DNA from: Candidatus Aminicenantales bacterium
GTDB lineage: Bacteria > Acidobacteriota > Aminicenantia > Aminicenantales > UBA4085
NCBI GenBank assembly: GCA_049515535.1
Contig: JBEKTZ010000001.1
Span: 268,599-332,598 of the forward strand
DNA: 64,000 bases
Reading direction: 5' to 3'
Shown in pieces: positions 32,935 to 43,932 of the stretch. Both the position numbers and the translations under genes were made by a program. Every line of letters begins with the position of its first letter. Position 1 is the first letter of the stretch. The notes beneath the pieces are model-generated. The model was given only the letters and a program-made list of their open reading frames with translations, was not told where the DNA came from and did not search any database.

Positions 32935-34397
32935 CCTTGAAAGACCTATTCAAAGACGTCACGGTCCTCGCCGGCCTGGGCGACGAGACGGTCGACATCC
33001 AGGGCATCACCTATTCCTCGAAGGCCGTGAAACCGAATTTCCTGTTCGCCGCGCTGAAAGGCGAAAAAAGGGACGGGTTCGACTTCGTCCCCGAGGCCCT
33101 CAAGAACGGCGCCGCGGCGGTCCTCTCGGACAAACCGAAACCCTCCGGTTTGGATGTGAGCTGGATCCAGGTCTTCGATCCCCGCGAGGCTTTGGCTTTA
33201 TGCTCGGCGAACTTTTACGACAATCCCTCTTACAAAATGAAACTCGTCGGCATCACCGGGACCAAAGGGAAGACGACCATCACGTTCATCCTGGAATCCA
33301 TCCTGAAAATCGCGGGATATCGTCCGGGCGTCATCGGGACGATCAACTACCGGGGGCCGGACTTTGAGCTCAAGGCCCAGCGGACGACGCCGGAAGCCCC
33401 CGATCTCCAGAACATGCTCAAGACCATGTTCGACACTGGCGTAACGCACTGTTTGATGGAAGTCTCCTCGCACTCGCTCGATCTGAAGCGTGTCTCGGGC
33501 ATCAGTTTCGACGTGGCCGTTTTCACCAACCTCAGCGGCGAGCACTTGGACTACCATCACACCATGGATGAGTATTTCGCCGCTAAGAAAAAGCTGTTCA
33601 TGCAAAATTCCAAAAAGCGAACCGCGGTCGTCAACGAGGACGATCCCTGGGGAAAACGGCTGATCGCCGAGCTGCCGATGAACACCATCACCTTCGGGTT
33701 AGAGCCGGCGGCGCTCGTCCGGAGCGAGAAATTCAAGCTGAACGGCCCCGGCCTCGAAGCCCTGGTCAAGTATCCGGGCGGACAGGCGACCATCACTTCG
33801 TCTCTCTCGGGCAAGCACAATCTCTACAACATCCTTGCGGCTTTTTCCGTGGCCCTGGCCCTGAACGTGTCCCCTCAGGTCATCCGGGACGGCATCGCCG
33901 CATTGAAGCAGGTGCCGGGACGGTTCGAAAAAATCGAGAACGATTTCGGTTTGAATATCTACGTCGATTACGCCCACACCGACAGCGCGCTGCGGAGTCT
34001 TCTCGAGACCGTGAAAGAGCTCAAGCCCAGCCGCATCCTCCTGGTCTTCGGCGCCGGCGGCGACCGGGACAAGTTCAAACGGGAACGCATGGGCGAGATC
34101 GCCGGCCTGTTCGCCGACTGGACCTTTATTACCTCGGACAATCCCCGCTCCGAAGATCCCATGGACATCATTCGGGAGATCGAAAAAGGCGTCCTCAAAA
34201 CGGGCTCGAAAAAATACAGCCTCGAGATCGATCGCCAAGAAGCGATCGCCAAGGCCCTCGCCTTCGCCAAAAAGGGAGATTATGTCCTATTCGCCGGCAA
34301 GGGTCATGAAAGCACGCAGGTCATCAAAGACCGGGTCATTCCGTTCAACGACGGCGACGTGATCCGGGAAATCCTCGCGAAAATGGGAACGGCCTAA
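32931..34397 (+). CDS. murE: UDP-MurNAc-tripeptide ligase (meso-DAP type)
   Basis: GITGTKGKTT, MEVSSH, DYAH, DNPR. Confidence 0.96.
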   Translation: MTLKDLFKDVTVLAGLGDETVDIQGITYSSKAVKPNFLFAALKGEKRDGFDFVPEALKNGAAAVLSDKPKPSGLDVSWIQVFDPREALALCSANFYDNPSYKMKLVGITGTKGKTTITFILESILKIAGYRPGVIGTINYRGPDFELKAQRTTPEAPDLQNMLKTMFDTGVTHCLMEVSSHSLDLKRVSGISFDVAVFTNLSGEHLDYHHTMDEYFAAKKKLFMQNSKKRTAVVNEDDPWGKRLIAELPMNTITFGLEPAALVRSEKFKLNGPGLEALVKYPGGQATITSSLSGKHNLYNILAAFSVALALNVSPQVIRDGIAALKQVPGRFEKIENDFGLNIYVDYAHTDSALRSLLETVKELKPSRILLVFGAGGDRDKFKRERMGEIAGLFADWTFITSDNPRSEDPMDIIREIEKGVLKTGSKKYSLEIDRQEAIAKALAFAKKGDYVLFAGKGHESTQVIKDRVIPFNDGDVIREILAKMGTA

Positions 34398-34399
34398 GC

Positions 34400-35788
34400 A
34401 TGGCGGAATTGAGATTGGACCGGATCGCGGAAACGACGGGAGGAACGATCCTCCAGGGATCGCCGACATCGGTATTCCGCACGTTCAATATCGATTCGCG
34501 CGGGACGAAACAGGGCGAGCTTTTCTTCGCCATGGTCGCCCGGCGCGACGGTCACGATTACGTCGCGGCCGCGGCCGAACGGGGCGCGGCCGGGGCCGTG
34601 ATCTCGCGTCCCGTCCCGTCGCCCGGCAAGGATTTCGCCCTTCTTCTCGTGCCGGATACGACGGCGGCTCTCCAGGCGCTGGCCAAGGACGCCCTCGCCG
34701 GACGGAACATCAAAATCGTCGGCGTCACGGGAAGCGTCGGCAAGACGACGACCAAGGAATTCGCGGCCGCGCTGCTTTCGACGAAATTTCAGGTGCTCAA
34801 GTCCGAGGGCAATTTCAACAATCATCTGGGCTTGGCCCTGACCCTGCTCCGGATCGAGCCGCGGCACGACGCCGCCGTCCTCGAGATGGGCATGAGCGCT
34901 TCCGGCGAGATCCGGACGCTCACGGCCATCGCCCCCCCGGATGTGGCCGTGATCACCAACATCAACCCCGTCCATTTGGAATTTCTCAAGACCATGGAGG
35001 CCATCGCGGCGGCGAAAAAGGAAATTCTGGACGGAATGAAAGAGGACGGTATCGCCGTCTTGAACGGAGATGACCCGTTTGTCGAGCAGATCGCCCAGGA
35101 GTGGAAAGGCCGGAAGCTGTATTTCGGCCTGTCCCAGGGTTGCGATATTCGAGCCGAAAACGTCCAGAGAATGGGATACGACGGATTCAAGTTCGACGTG
35201 ATCTCCGGCAAGGAAAAACGCCGGATCCGTTTTCCCTTTTTTTCGGAAACCTATATCTACAACCTTTTAGCCGCCCTGGGCGTCGCGCGCGTTCTCTCCC
35301 TTCCCGTCGACAAGCTCGAGGAAGCGATCCAGGGACTCAGGCCCTATGCCCACAGAGGCATCCTTCTTCGCCTCACCAAAAGCATCGTCGTCATCGACGA
35401 CTCCTATAATTCGAACCCCCGGGCCCTCGAGGCCGCGTTGCGCAGTTTCGCCGCGCTTCCGGCCCGAAGGCGCGTCGCGGTGCTCGGCGATATGCTCGAA
35501 CTGGGCGACTCCGCCGCCCTATTCCACGAAGAAGCCGGCGGATGGGCCGCCAAAACAGGTTGGGATCTTCTCATCACGGTCGGGCCGCTGGGCCGCTATA
35601 CGGCGGAAGGCGCGCGCGACGCGGGGATGGGACAGGGAAGGATCTTCTCCTTCGCGAGCAGCTCAGAAGCGGCGGAAGGCATCCCCTCCCTCCTCCGGGA
35701 TGACGATCTCGTCCTGGTCAAAGGATCCCGGGGGATCGAGACCGAGATGATCGTCGAGAGATTGAGAGACGTTTTCAAGGAGACATGA
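34400..35788 (+). CDS. murF: UDP-MurNAc-pentapeptide ligase
   Basis: TGSVGKTTTKE, NFNNHLG, DDSYNSNP, LVKGSRG. Confidence 0.96.
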   Translation: MAELRLDRIAETTGGTILQGSPTSVFRTFNIDSRGTKQGELFFAMVARRDGHDYVAAAAERGAAGAVISRPVPSPGKDFALLLVPDTTAALQALAKDALAGRNIKIVGVTGSVGKTTTKEFAAALLSTKFQVLKSEGNFNNHLGLALTLLRIEPRHDAAVLEMGMSASGEIRTLTAIAPPDVAVITNINPVHLEFLKTMEAIAAAKKEILDGMKEDGIAVLNGDDPFVEQIAQEWKGRKLYFGLSQGCDIRAENVQRMGYDGFKFDVISGKEKRRIRFPFFSETYIYNLLAALGVARVLSLPVDKLEEAIQGLRPYAHRGILLRLTKSIVVIDDSYNSNPRALEAALRSFAALPARRRVAVLGDMLELGDSAALFHEEAGGWAAKTGWDLLITVGPLGRYTAEGARDAGMGQGRIFSFASSSEAAEGIPSLLRDDDLVLVKGSRGIETEMIVERLRDVFKET

Positions 35789-35789
35789 C

Positions 35790-36890
35790 GTGCTCTATTT
35801 GTTGCTCGTGCCGCTGAAAAAATTCGTGACTTTTTTCAATGTCTTCGGCTACATCACGATCAGGACCGCGCTCTCTGGTATCACCGCGCTCATTTTGACC
35901 TTTCTTCTCGGCCCGACGCTCATCAAGATCCTGAAAAAAAACCAAATCGGCCAGGAAATCCGGCTCGAAGGGCCGCAGTCCCATTTAACGAAAAAAGGAA
36001 CGCCGTCCATGGGCGGCCTCCTGATCATCGGCACGACGCTGATTCCGACGCTCCTGTGGGGCAACCTGAGCAACAGCTACGTCTGGCTCGGCATGGGCAC
36101 GATGTTCTTCTTCGGGCTGATCGGCTTCCTGGACGACTACCTCAAGATCAAAAAAAGAAGATCCCTCGGCCTCATCGCCCGGAACAAGTTCGTCCTTCAA
36201 TTCATCCTGGCGATCGCCTTCGCCCTGATCGTCCTCTATCTCGGATACGCCCTCGGACCCAGGAAAGGATTCGATCTCAAGCTCTATCTTCCGTTCTTCA
36301 AGAACTGGATCCCTTATCTCGGCTGGCTCTATCTCCCCTGGATCGTTTTCATTCTGGTCGGCTCCTCGAACGCGGTCAACCTGGCCGACGGATTGGACGG
36401 GCTGGCCATCGGATTGACGTTGATCAGCGCCACAGCTTTGACGGCGCTGACGTATATCGCCGGCCATAAGATATTTTCCGGCTACCTGGGAATCGCTCAG
36501 GTTCCCCAAGCCGCGGAGCTGACCGTGTTCGCCGGCGCCCTGACTGGCGCCTGTCTCGGATTCCTTTGGTTCAACTCGCACCCGGCCCAGATCTTCATGG
36601 GCGATGTCGGAGCGCTGTCGCTCGGCGGGACGCTGGCGGCCCTGGCCATCCTCATCAAGCAGGAACTCCTTCTTTTCGCCGTGGCCGGAGTTTTCATTAT
36701 GGAGCTGCTCTCCGTCGTGCTTCAAGTCGGCTACTTCAAGCTGAGCGGCGGCAAGAGGATCTTCAAGATGGCTCCTCTCCATCATCATTTCGAACTTTTG
36801 GGCTGGCCCGAAGAAAAAGTCGTGATTAGGTTCTGGATCCTGGGCATCATTTTCGCTCTGTTCAGCCTGGCCACGGTGAAGTTGAGATGA
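35790..36890 (+). CDS. mraY: Phospho-MurNAc-pentapeptide transferase
   Basis: KGTPSMGG, NAVNLADGLDGL, FMGDVG, APLHHHFE. Confidence 0.97.
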   Translation: MLYLLLVPLKKFVTFFNVFGYITIRTALSGITALILTFLLGPTLIKILKKNQIGQEIRLEGPQSHLTKKGTPSMGGLLIIGTTLIPTLLWGNLSNSYVWLGMGTMFFFGLIGFLDDYLKIKKRRSLGLIARNKFVLQFILAIAFALIVLYLGYALGPRKGFDLKLYLPFFKNWIPYLGWLYLPWIVFILVGSSNAVNLADGLDGLAIGLTLISATALTALTYIAGHKIFSGYLGIAQVPQAAELTVFAGALTGACLGFLWFNSHPAQIFMGDVGALSLGGTLAALAILIKQELLLFAVAGVFIMELLSVVLQVGYFKLSGGKRIFKMAPLHHHFELLGWPEEKVVIRFWILGIIFALFSLATVKLR

Positions 36891-38260
36891 CCATGGAATT
36901 GAGCGGCAAAAAAATCCTCGTCGTCGGCCTGGGAAAGACGGGCGAAGCCACGGCAGACTTCCTGCTGCGGCGCGGCGCCCGGGTGAAGATCAGCGAAAAG
37001 AAAACGGCGGGCGAGCTCGGCGACCGGACCCGGAAATGGGCGGAACGCGGGGCGGTCGTCGAGGCCGGCGGGCATCAATTGGCCTCGTTCCTCGAAGCCG
37101 ACGTCATCGTTCCCAGCCCCGGCGTGCCGCCTCTCCCCGAATTCCAAGCGGCTCGGGAGAGGGGGATTCCCATCCTTTCCGAGATCGAGATCGCTTATCG
37201 TTTTTTAAAAGGCACGATCGCCGGCATCACCGGCACGAACGGCAAATCGACGACCACGACCCTCCTTCACAAGATCCTCAAGGAGGCGCGAAGCCAAGCC
37301 TATCTCGCCGGAAACATCGGGACGCCGCTCATTTCATTCGTGGATAAAAGCCGGGACGACCATATTTATGTCACGGAAATCTCGAGCTTTCAACTCGAAT
37401 ATATCGACGCTTTTCGCGCCCACGTGGCGCTCGTTCTCAACGTCTCGCAGAACCACCTGGACTGGCACGGCACGCTCGAAGATTATTTCGCCGCGAAGAA
37501 AAAGCTCGTCACCGCGCAAGGCCGAGGCGATAAGGCCATCTTGAACCGCGACGATGCCCTGGTCTGGGGCCTGGCCGAGGCGGCCGGATCGGACGTGTTC
37601 GGTTTCACCCGGAAGCGGATTTTGCGGCGCGGCTGCTTTGTTCGCGGCGGCCGGATCGTTTTGCGGGACGCGGCCGAGACTCCGGTCATGCCCGTCTCGG
37701 AAGTCCGGCTGCCCGGCCTCCACAACCTGGAAAACGTCCTGGCCGCCTCCGCGGCCGCTTTTCAGTTCGGGGTCGCCCCGGCCGCCATGCGCAAATCCAT
37801 CAGGACGTTCCAGGGTCTCGAGCATCGTCTGGAACGCGTTCTCACGGTGCGCGGCGTCGCCTTCGTCAACGACTCGAAAGCCACGACCGTGGACGCGACG
37901 CTCAAGGCGATCGCCAGCTTCGACCGGCCGATCGTCCTCATCCTCGGGGGCAAGGATAAGGGGTCGGATTTCACGAAGCTCGGCCGGTCGTTGAAAGCCC
38001 GGGTCAAGAAGGCCGTCCTCGTCGGGGCGGCCAAGGAAAAGATCCGGAAAGCCCTGACCGGGGTCGTCCCGATGGAAGACGCCGGCTCATTCCACGAGGT
38101 CGTGCCGCGCGCGTTCGCGGCCGCGGCGCGGGGCGACATCGTCCTCCTCGCTCCCGCCTGCACGAGTTGGGACATGTTCAATAACTTCGAGGAGCGCGGC
38201 CGGACGTTCAAGAGCGACGTCAGAAAACTGGCGAAGAAAATAAAAATGGGGAAAGCCTGA
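36887..38260 (+). CDS. murD: UDP-MurNAc-L-Ala:D-Glu ligase
   Basis: GTNGKSTTT, EISSFQLE, EHRLE, NDSKAT, APACTSWD. Confidence 0.96.
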   Translation: MTMELSGKKILVVGLGKTGEATADFLLRRGARVKISEKKTAGELGDRTRKWAERGAVVEAGGHQLASFLEADVIVPSPGVPPLPEFQAARERGIPILSEIEIAYRFLKGTIAGITGTNGKSTTTTLLHKILKEARSQAYLAGNIGTPLISFVDKSRDDHIYVTEISSFQLEYIDAFRAHVALVLNVSQNHLDWHGTLEDYFAAKKKLVTAQGRGDKAILNRDDALVWGLAEAAGSDVFGFTRKRILRRGCFVRGGRIVLRDAAETPVMPVSEVRLPGLHNLENVLAASAAAFQFGVAPAAMRKSIRTFQGLEHRLERVLTVRGVAFVNDSKATTVDATLKAIASFDRPIVLILGGKDKGSDFTKLGRSLKARVKKAVLVGAAKEKIRKALTGVVPMEDAGSFHEVVPRAFAAAARGDIVLLAPACTSWDMFNNFEERGRTFKSDVRKLAKKIKMGKA

Positions 38261-38263
38261 GCC

Positions 38264-39373
38264 ATGGAGATCTTCAGGTCCTACGGATTCGACAAGGTGC
38301 TGTTCTTCACGACCCTCGTCCTGATCACGCTGGGCCTGGTCATGGTTTTCAGCGCCTCGGGCGTATCGGCGGCCGAAAAATATCAGCAGCCGTTCTATTA
38401 TTTCTTCCATCAGTTGATCGGGGCCGCCGCCGGACTGTTTTTCATCCTGTTCATGCTCTCGGTCGAAAGGCCCATGTACCAGCAGGCGGCTTTCATTTTC
38501 GGGCTCCTGCTGGTCGCCTTCGGCCTTCTCTTGCTCTGCTTCATGATGCCGTCCGTTGCCAAGACCAACCGATGGCTGGTCTTCTTCGGCTTTCGGTTCC
38601 AACCCTCGGAGCTGGCCAAGATCAGCCTGGTCCTGTTCCTGGCTTGGTATCTCGACCGGCGCAAGGAGAAGATCCAAGAGCCTAGGGTCCTTCTCGTCCC
38701 CCTGGGCGTGGTCTTTCTTTTCACCCTATTGATCCTCAAAGAACCGGATTTCGGAACGGCGGCGCTGACCTTCTCCATATGCGCGGCCCTCTTCTTCATC
38801 GGCGGCGTTCGCCTGAGATATTTCGCCGTTCTGGGGCTTTTCTCCTTGCCCGTTTTCGCCTACTACGTCATTTCGGCGGGCTACCGCCTCGACCGGTTCC
38901 TCGCCTTTTTCTCGCCGGGCAAGGACCTTCAGACTCTCAATTTTCAGGTCACTCAATCCAAGCTCGCCCTCGGAGCGGGGGGCCTCCTGGGCGTCAGTAT
39001 CGGAGAGAGCGTCCAGAAGATGTTTCTGCCCTGTCCGCACACGGATTTCATATTCGCCGTCATCGGCGAAGAGATGGGACTGATCGGGACGCTGGCCACC
39101 CTTCTTCTCTTCGTCATTTTCGTCTGGCGGGGCATCGCCATCTCGATGAAAGCGGCGAACGCCGTCAGCCAGCTCGCGGCCGCCGGATTGACGATCCTCA
39201 TCGCCGCCCAGGCCCTTCTCAATATCACCGTCGTCCTGGGGTTGAGCCCGGCCAAGGGGGTTCCCCTTCCCCTGCTCAGCTTCGGCCGGTCGTCGCTCCT
39301 GACGACCATCTTCGCCGTCGGCATTCTTCTCCATATCTCCCAGAGAAAGACCATCAACCGGGGTCCCACATGA
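38264..39373 (+). CDS. ftsW: SEDS peptidoglycan polymerase FtsW
   Basis: FQPSELAK, EPDFGT, HTDFIFAVIGEE, KGVPLPLLS. Confidence 0.95.
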   Translation: MEIFRSYGFDKVLFFTTLVLITLGLVMVFSASGVSAAEKYQQPFYYFFHQLIGAAAGLFFILFMLSVERPMYQQAAFIFGLLLVAFGLLLLCFMMPSVAKTNRWLVFFGFRFQPSELAKISLVLFLAWYLDRRKEKIQEPRVLLVPLGVVFLFTLLILKEPDFGTAALTFSICAALFFIGGVRLRYFAVLGLFSLPVFAYYVISAGYRLDRFLAFFSPGKDLQTLNFQVTQSKLALGAGGLLGVSIGESVQKMFLPCPHTDFIFAVIGEEMGLIGTLATLLLFVIFVWRGIAISMKAANAVSQLAAAGLTILIAAQALLNITVVLGLSPAKGVPLPLLSFGRSSLLTTIFAVGILLHISQRKTINRGPT

Positions 39374-40455
39374 GAGAAAAACGCGTGATCATCGGAGGAG
39401 GCGGTACGGGCGGGCACCTTTATCCCGCGCTCGTGCTGGGACAAAAGCTCCGGGAAAAGGATCGCGACCTTCGGTTGACGTTCGTCGGGAGCCGACGCGA
39501 GTCCGAACAAAAGATCATGGCCCATCATGAGGTCGCCTTTATCCCCATGCCCATCGAAGGCTTGAAGGGCAGGGGTTGGCGGAGCCTGAAAGCCCTCGGC
39601 CTCCTGCCGGGCGCGTTCATCAAGTCCCTCCGGCTCCTGGCCCGCATCAAACCGGACCTCGTCGTCGGGGTCGGCGGTTACAGTTCCGGCCCGCTCGTGC
39701 TGCTGGCCGCGTGGCTGGGGATTCCGACCGTGATTCTCGAACAGAACGTGCGGCCCGGATTCACCAACCGGCTCCTCCTCCCCTGGGTCAAAAAGGCCGT
39801 GGCCGCCTTCGAGGCCGCCCTGCCCTATTTGAAGGGCAAGGGCGTATTCCTCGGCAACCCGGTTCGCCGGGAATTCTATGTCCTTCCGCCCAAAGAGCGG
39901 ACGGATCGGCTGACGCTTCTCATTTTCGGAGGGAGCCAGGGCTCGCGTTTTCTCAATCGGGCGGTCGCGGCGACGCTGCCTCTCCTCATCAAGGCCAGGG
40001 ACTTCCTGACGATCCATCACCAGACCGGCAAGATCGATTGGGGTTGGGTGAAAAAAGCCTACGATCAAAACGGCTTTTCCGGGGCGATCGTCGCGCCTTT
40101 CTTTTTTGACATGCCCGACCGTTTCCGGGCCGCGGACCTCGTCATCGGCCGCGCCGGGGCGACGACTTGCTCCGAGCTCATCGCCTCCGGGAGAGCCTCG
40201 ATCCTCATCCCCTTCGCCAAGGCGGCCGATGATCACCAGGCCGCCAACGCTCGGGCGCTGGAGAAAGCCGGGGGGGCCGTGGTCATTCTGGAAAGCGAAT
40301 GGACGCCCGGGCTTCTGGCCGAAAAGATCGTCCATTTCCTCGAACATAAAGACGGCATCTCGGTCATGGAAAAAAACCTGGCCTCCTTGAAAAAAGACGG
40401 GGCCGCCGACGCGATCGCCGGTCTGTGCTTCGAACTGATGGAGGCCCGCCGCTAG
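39370..40455 (+). CDS. murG: Lipid I N-acetylglucosaminyltransferase
   Basis: GGGTGGHLYP, GGYSS, EQN, GGSQGS, HQAANA; ATG 39370 overlaps ftsW stop. Confidence 0.96.
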   Translation: MREKRVIIGGGGTGGHLYPALVLGQKLREKDRDLRLTFVGSRRESEQKIMAHHEVAFIPMPIEGLKGRGWRSLKALGLLPGAFIKSLRLLARIKPDLVVGVGGYSSGPLVLLAAWLGIPTVILEQNVRPGFTNRLLLPWVKKAVAAFEAALPYLKGKGVFLGNPVRREFYVLPPKERTDRLTLLIFGGSQGSRFLNRAVAATLPLLIKARDFLTIHHQTGKIDWGWVKKAYDQNGFSGAIVAPFFFDMPDRFRAADLVIGRAGATTCSELIASGRASILIPFAKAADDHQAANARALEKAGGAVVILESEWTPGLLAEKIVHFLEHKDGISVMEKNLASLKKDGAADAIAGLCFELMEARR

Positions 40456-40464
40456 GAGAAACTC

Positions 40465-41856
40465 ATGGTCAAGACCTCATACCGAAAACTGAAACACATC
40501 CACATGATCGGCATCGGCGGGACCGGCATGAACGGCATCGCGGAAGTGCTCATCAACCTCGGCTACAAAGTCACGGGTTCGGATATCCAGGCCAACGACG
40601 CCACGCGGCGGCTGGTCAAGAAGCTCAAGGCCAGCGTCTCGATCGGCCATAAGGCCGAGAACATCAAAGGGGCGGACGTCGTCGTCATCTCCTCGGCCAT
40701 CAAAGAGGACAACGTCGAAGTCCGGGAGGCCCGGCTGCGGAAAATTCCCGTCATCCCGCGCGCCGAAATGCTGGCCGAACTCATGCGCATGAAATACGGC
40801 ATCGCCGTTGCCGGTTCCCACGGCAAGACGACGACGACGTCCATGATCGCCACGATCCTGGACCGGGCCGGCTTCGATCCGACGATCATCGTCGGCGGAC
40901 GGTTGAACACGATCGGCGCTCACGCCAAGCTGGGCGAGGGCGAGTTCTTCGTCGCCGAGGCCGACGAGAGCGACCGTTCCTTCCTCTATCTCTCTCCGTT
41001 CATCGCCGTGCTCACCAACATCGACGAGGAACATCTCGACCATTATCGGAACGTCGAAGAGATCAAAAAGACTTTCGTCCATTTCGCCAATAAGGTGCCT
41101 TTCTACTGCCCGATCATCCTCTGCCTCGACGACCCCAACCTGCAGAGCATCATCCCCCAACTCGAGCGCCGCGTCATCACCTACGGGTTCTCGGCCCAGT
41201 CCGACATCTTCGCCCGGGACATGCGATTCGATGGATTCACCAGCACGTCCACGATCTTCCACAAAGGCCGCAAGCTTGGACGGTTGAAGCTGAACGTTCC
41301 GGGCAAGCACGGTGTTCTCAACGCGATGGCCTCGACGGCCGTGGGCCTGGACCTGGATATCCCTCCCGCGCTCATCCTAGAAGCGCTCGAAAGCTACTCG
41401 GGAACGGGACGCCGCTTCGAGCTCAAAAAAGAAACGCGGAAGGTGATGATCATCGAGGATTACGCCCACCATCCCACGGAGATCAGGGCGACGCTCGACG
41501 CGGCGAAACGCGGCTGGCCGCGCCGGGTCGTGGCCGTTTTCCAGCCTCACCGCTACACTCGGCTCTCGTATTTGATGACCGAGTTCGCCACGTCCTTCAA
41601 CCAGGCGGACGTCTTGATCCTTACCGAGATCTATCCCGCCGGCGAAGAGCCGATCGCCAACGTTTCGGGGGCGGTGCTCTTCGAGGAAGTGAAACGATTC
41701 GGCCATAAAGACGCGCATTTCGAGCCGGACATGAAAAAGATCGCCGGACTTCTCAAAAAAGTCGTCCGCGCCGGTGATATCGTCCTATTTCTGGGCGCCG
41801 GCAACATTTACAAGGCCATACCGGACTTTATTGAAACCTTGGAAGGAAAACGGTGA
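40465..41856 (+). CDS. murC: UDP-MurNAc:L-Ala ligase
   Basis: GIGGTGM, GSHGKTTT, EADESD, DYAHHPTE, FQPHRY. Confidence 0.97.
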   Translation: MVKTSYRKLKHIHMIGIGGTGMNGIAEVLINLGYKVTGSDIQANDATRRLVKKLKASVSIGHKAENIKGADVVVISSAIKEDNVEVREARLRKIPVIPRAEMLAELMRMKYGIAVAGSHGKTTTTSMIATILDRAGFDPTIIVGGRLNTIGAHAKLGEGEFFVAEADESDRSFLYLSPFIAVLTNIDEEHLDHYRNVEEIKKTFVHFANKVPFYCPIILCLDDPNLQSIIPQLERRVITYGFSAQSDIFARDMRFDGFTSTSTIFHKGRKLGRLKLNVPGKHGVLNAMASTAVGLDLDIPPALILEALESYSGTGRRFELKKETRKVMIIEDYAHHPTEIRATLDAAKRGWPRRVVAVFQPHRYTRLSYLMTEFATSFNQADVLILTEIYPAGEEPIANVSGAVLFEEVKRFGHKDAHFEPDMKKIAGLLKKVVRAGDIVLFLGAGNIYKAIPDFIETLEGKR

Positions 41857-42701
41857 ACCGATCCGCCATCGCCTCTCCTCACGCCTTGCATTTCCAGCGA
41901 GGGGAGGGAAAAGCCCGCCTGAAAAAGGATCCCCGGAGAATGCCCGCCAGGCTCCGGCAGATCTTGCTCACGGTCGGCCTCGCGGCGCTTTCGTTCTTCG
42001 CCGTATATGAGATTTTTCTCTTCGTCATTTCCTGGAATAACCTGGACGTCAAGGATGTCCAGGTCTTCTGCGCCGACGCTGCGGTCAAATCCGAAGTCGC
42101 CCGGATGGTCGGAAACGTCCGCTGGGGCAACATCCTTCTCCTCGATCTCTCGCGGATCAGAAGCCGGATCGAATCTTATCCCTGGGTCAAGGAAACGCGC
42201 CTGCGCAAGGTCTTTCCGGGGTCCGTAAAGATCGAGGTCACCCCCCGGGTGCCGGTCGCTCTTCTCCAGGGGGACGGCCTGGTCCCGATCGACGGGGAGC
42301 GGGTGGAACTCGGAAGAGCCGTCCGCGAAGATTACCCGGGCCTCCCCGTGCTTTTCGATACGGGCGGTTTCCGCGAAGACCGCCGGGACAAGCTCGACCT
42401 GGCGTGGAGCTGCCTGGCGGACCTTTCCGCCGCCGAAAAAGCCGACGTAGAGATCCTCGACCTGTCCGATCCGAACGACGTCATCTTGAAATTCCGCTCG
42501 GATCCGACGCGGCTCAAGCTCGGCGACGGCCTGTTCGCCCGGAAGATCGCCTTTTACCGGGAGAACAGGGCCCGGCTGGCGAATGAGTCCGGTCCGCCGG
42601 AATTCGCGGACCTTCGCATAACGGACAGGATCTATTTCGTTCCGGCCGGATCGATCAAGCGCGGGCAGGGGATCACCCAACCGGACAAGGAGAGACGATA
42701 A
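41853..42701 (+). CDS. ftsQ: Cell division protein FtsQ/DivIB
   Basis: TM then POTRA-like (PWVKETRLRKVFP), C-terminal ADLR; precedes ftsA. Confidence 0.85.
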   Translation: MNRSAIASPHALHFQRGEGKARLKKDPRRMPARLRQILLTVGLAALSFFAVYEIFLFVISWNNLDVKDVQVFCADAAVKSEVARMVGNVRWGNILLLDLSRIRSRIESYPWVKETRLRKVFPGSVKIEVTPRVPVALLQGDGLVPIDGERVELGRAVREDYPGLPVLFDTGGFREDRRDKLDLAWSCLADLSAAEKADVEILDLSDPNDVILKFRSDPTRLKLGDGLFARKIAFYRENRARLANESGPPEFADLRITDRIYFVPAGSIKRGQGITQPDKERR

Positions 42702-43924
42702 TGCCAAAAAACGGTTACGTCGTCGGCATCGATATCGGCACAAAAAAAGTGACGGCCATCATCGGCGAGATTACCGAAGAGCGCAAGGTGGAGGTCATCG
42801 GGATCGGCACGGCCGATTCGAAGGGACTGCGCAAGGGCGTCGTGGTCAACCTCGACATCACCTCGGCCGCCATCAAAAAAGCCCAGGAAGAAGCCGAACT
42901 CATGGCCGGAGTGGCCATCAACTCGGCCCTCATCGGCATATCCGGCGCCCACATCAAGAGCTTCAACAGCCGGGGCGTGATCGCGGTTTCCGGCAAGAAC
43001 CGCGAGATCGGGCGCGACGACATCCGCCGCGTCATCGAGCAGTCCAAGGCCGTCTCGATCCCGCCCGACCGGGAAATCATCCATATCATTCCCCAGGAAT
43101 TCGTGGTGGACGAACAGGACGGGATCAGGGACCCTCTCGGGATGAACGGCATCAAACTCGAAGTCAACGTCCACATCGTCACCGGCGCCATCACGCTCGT
43201 CCAGAACCTCCGGACCTGCGTCGAGCGGGCCGGCATCAACATCGAGCAAATCGTCCTCAACCAGATCGCGACGAGCGCCGCCGTCCTGACCCACGATGAA
43301 AAGGAATTGGGCGTGGGACTCATCGACATCGGCGCCGGGACGACCGAGGTCGCCATCTTCGAGCGGGGAAGCCTGTGGTACACGGCGATCATCCCGCTGG
43401 GCGGCGACAATTTCACCAACGACATCGCCGTCGGGCTGCGGACGCCCATCCCCGAAGCGGAAAAGATCAAGAAGAAGTTCGGATGCGCCGTCGGCCCCAG
43501 AGGGGACGAGCAGGAAACGGTCGAAGTGCCGTCGGTCGGCAAGGGCCGGAAACCGCGCGTCTTATCGCGACAGCTCCTCGCCGACATCATCGAGCCCCGC
43601 GCCGAAGAAATTTTTCGCCTGGTCGACAACGATATCAAGCGGATGGGCTACGAAAAGTCCTTGAACTCCGGAATCGTCTTGACCGGCGGAACGGCCCTCC
43701 TCGACGGCCTCGAAGAGGTCGCCGAGGAAATCTTCGACCTGCCCGTCCGCCGCGGGGATCCGACGGGCGTCGGCGGGCTGGTGGATCGGGTGAGCACTCC
43801 CGATTATTCCACGGCCGTGGGGCTGCTTCTCTACGGTCACACCCTCATGAAGGAAAAGGGAATGACGAAGGACAGAAAAAAAGGATTATTCGCTAAAATC
43901 AGGGATATTTTCAGGGAAGAATAG
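42701..43924 (+). CDS. ftsA: Cell division protein FtsA
   Basis: [20 protein letters not shown]-terminal amphipathic helix. Confidence 0.97.
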   Translation: MPKNGYVVGIDIGTKKVTAIIGEITEERKVEVIGIGTADSKGLRKGVVVNLDITSAAIKKAQEEAELMAGVAINSALIGISGAHIKSFNSRGVIAVSGKNREIGRDDIRRVIEQSKAVSIPPDREIIHIIPQEFVVDEQDGIRDPLGMNGIKLEVNVHIVTGAITLVQNLRTCVERAGINIEQIVLNQIATSAAVLTHDEKELGVGLIDIGAGTTEVAIFERGSLWYTAIIPLGGDNFTNDIAVGLRTPIPEAEKIKKKFGCAVGPRGDEQETVEVPSVGKGRKPRVLSRQLLADIIEPRAEEIFRLVDNDIKRMGYEKSLNSGIVLTGGTALLDGLEEVAEEIFDLPVRRGDPTGVGGLVDRVSTPDYSTAVGLLLYGHTLMKEKGMTKDRKKGLFAKIRDIFREE

Positions 43925-43932
43925 GAGGGATT

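Noticed and set aside
38779..39369. N-terminal extension of the 558-aa murG ORF
   Set aside because: Overlaps ftsW out of frame; MurG similarity begins at ATG 39370
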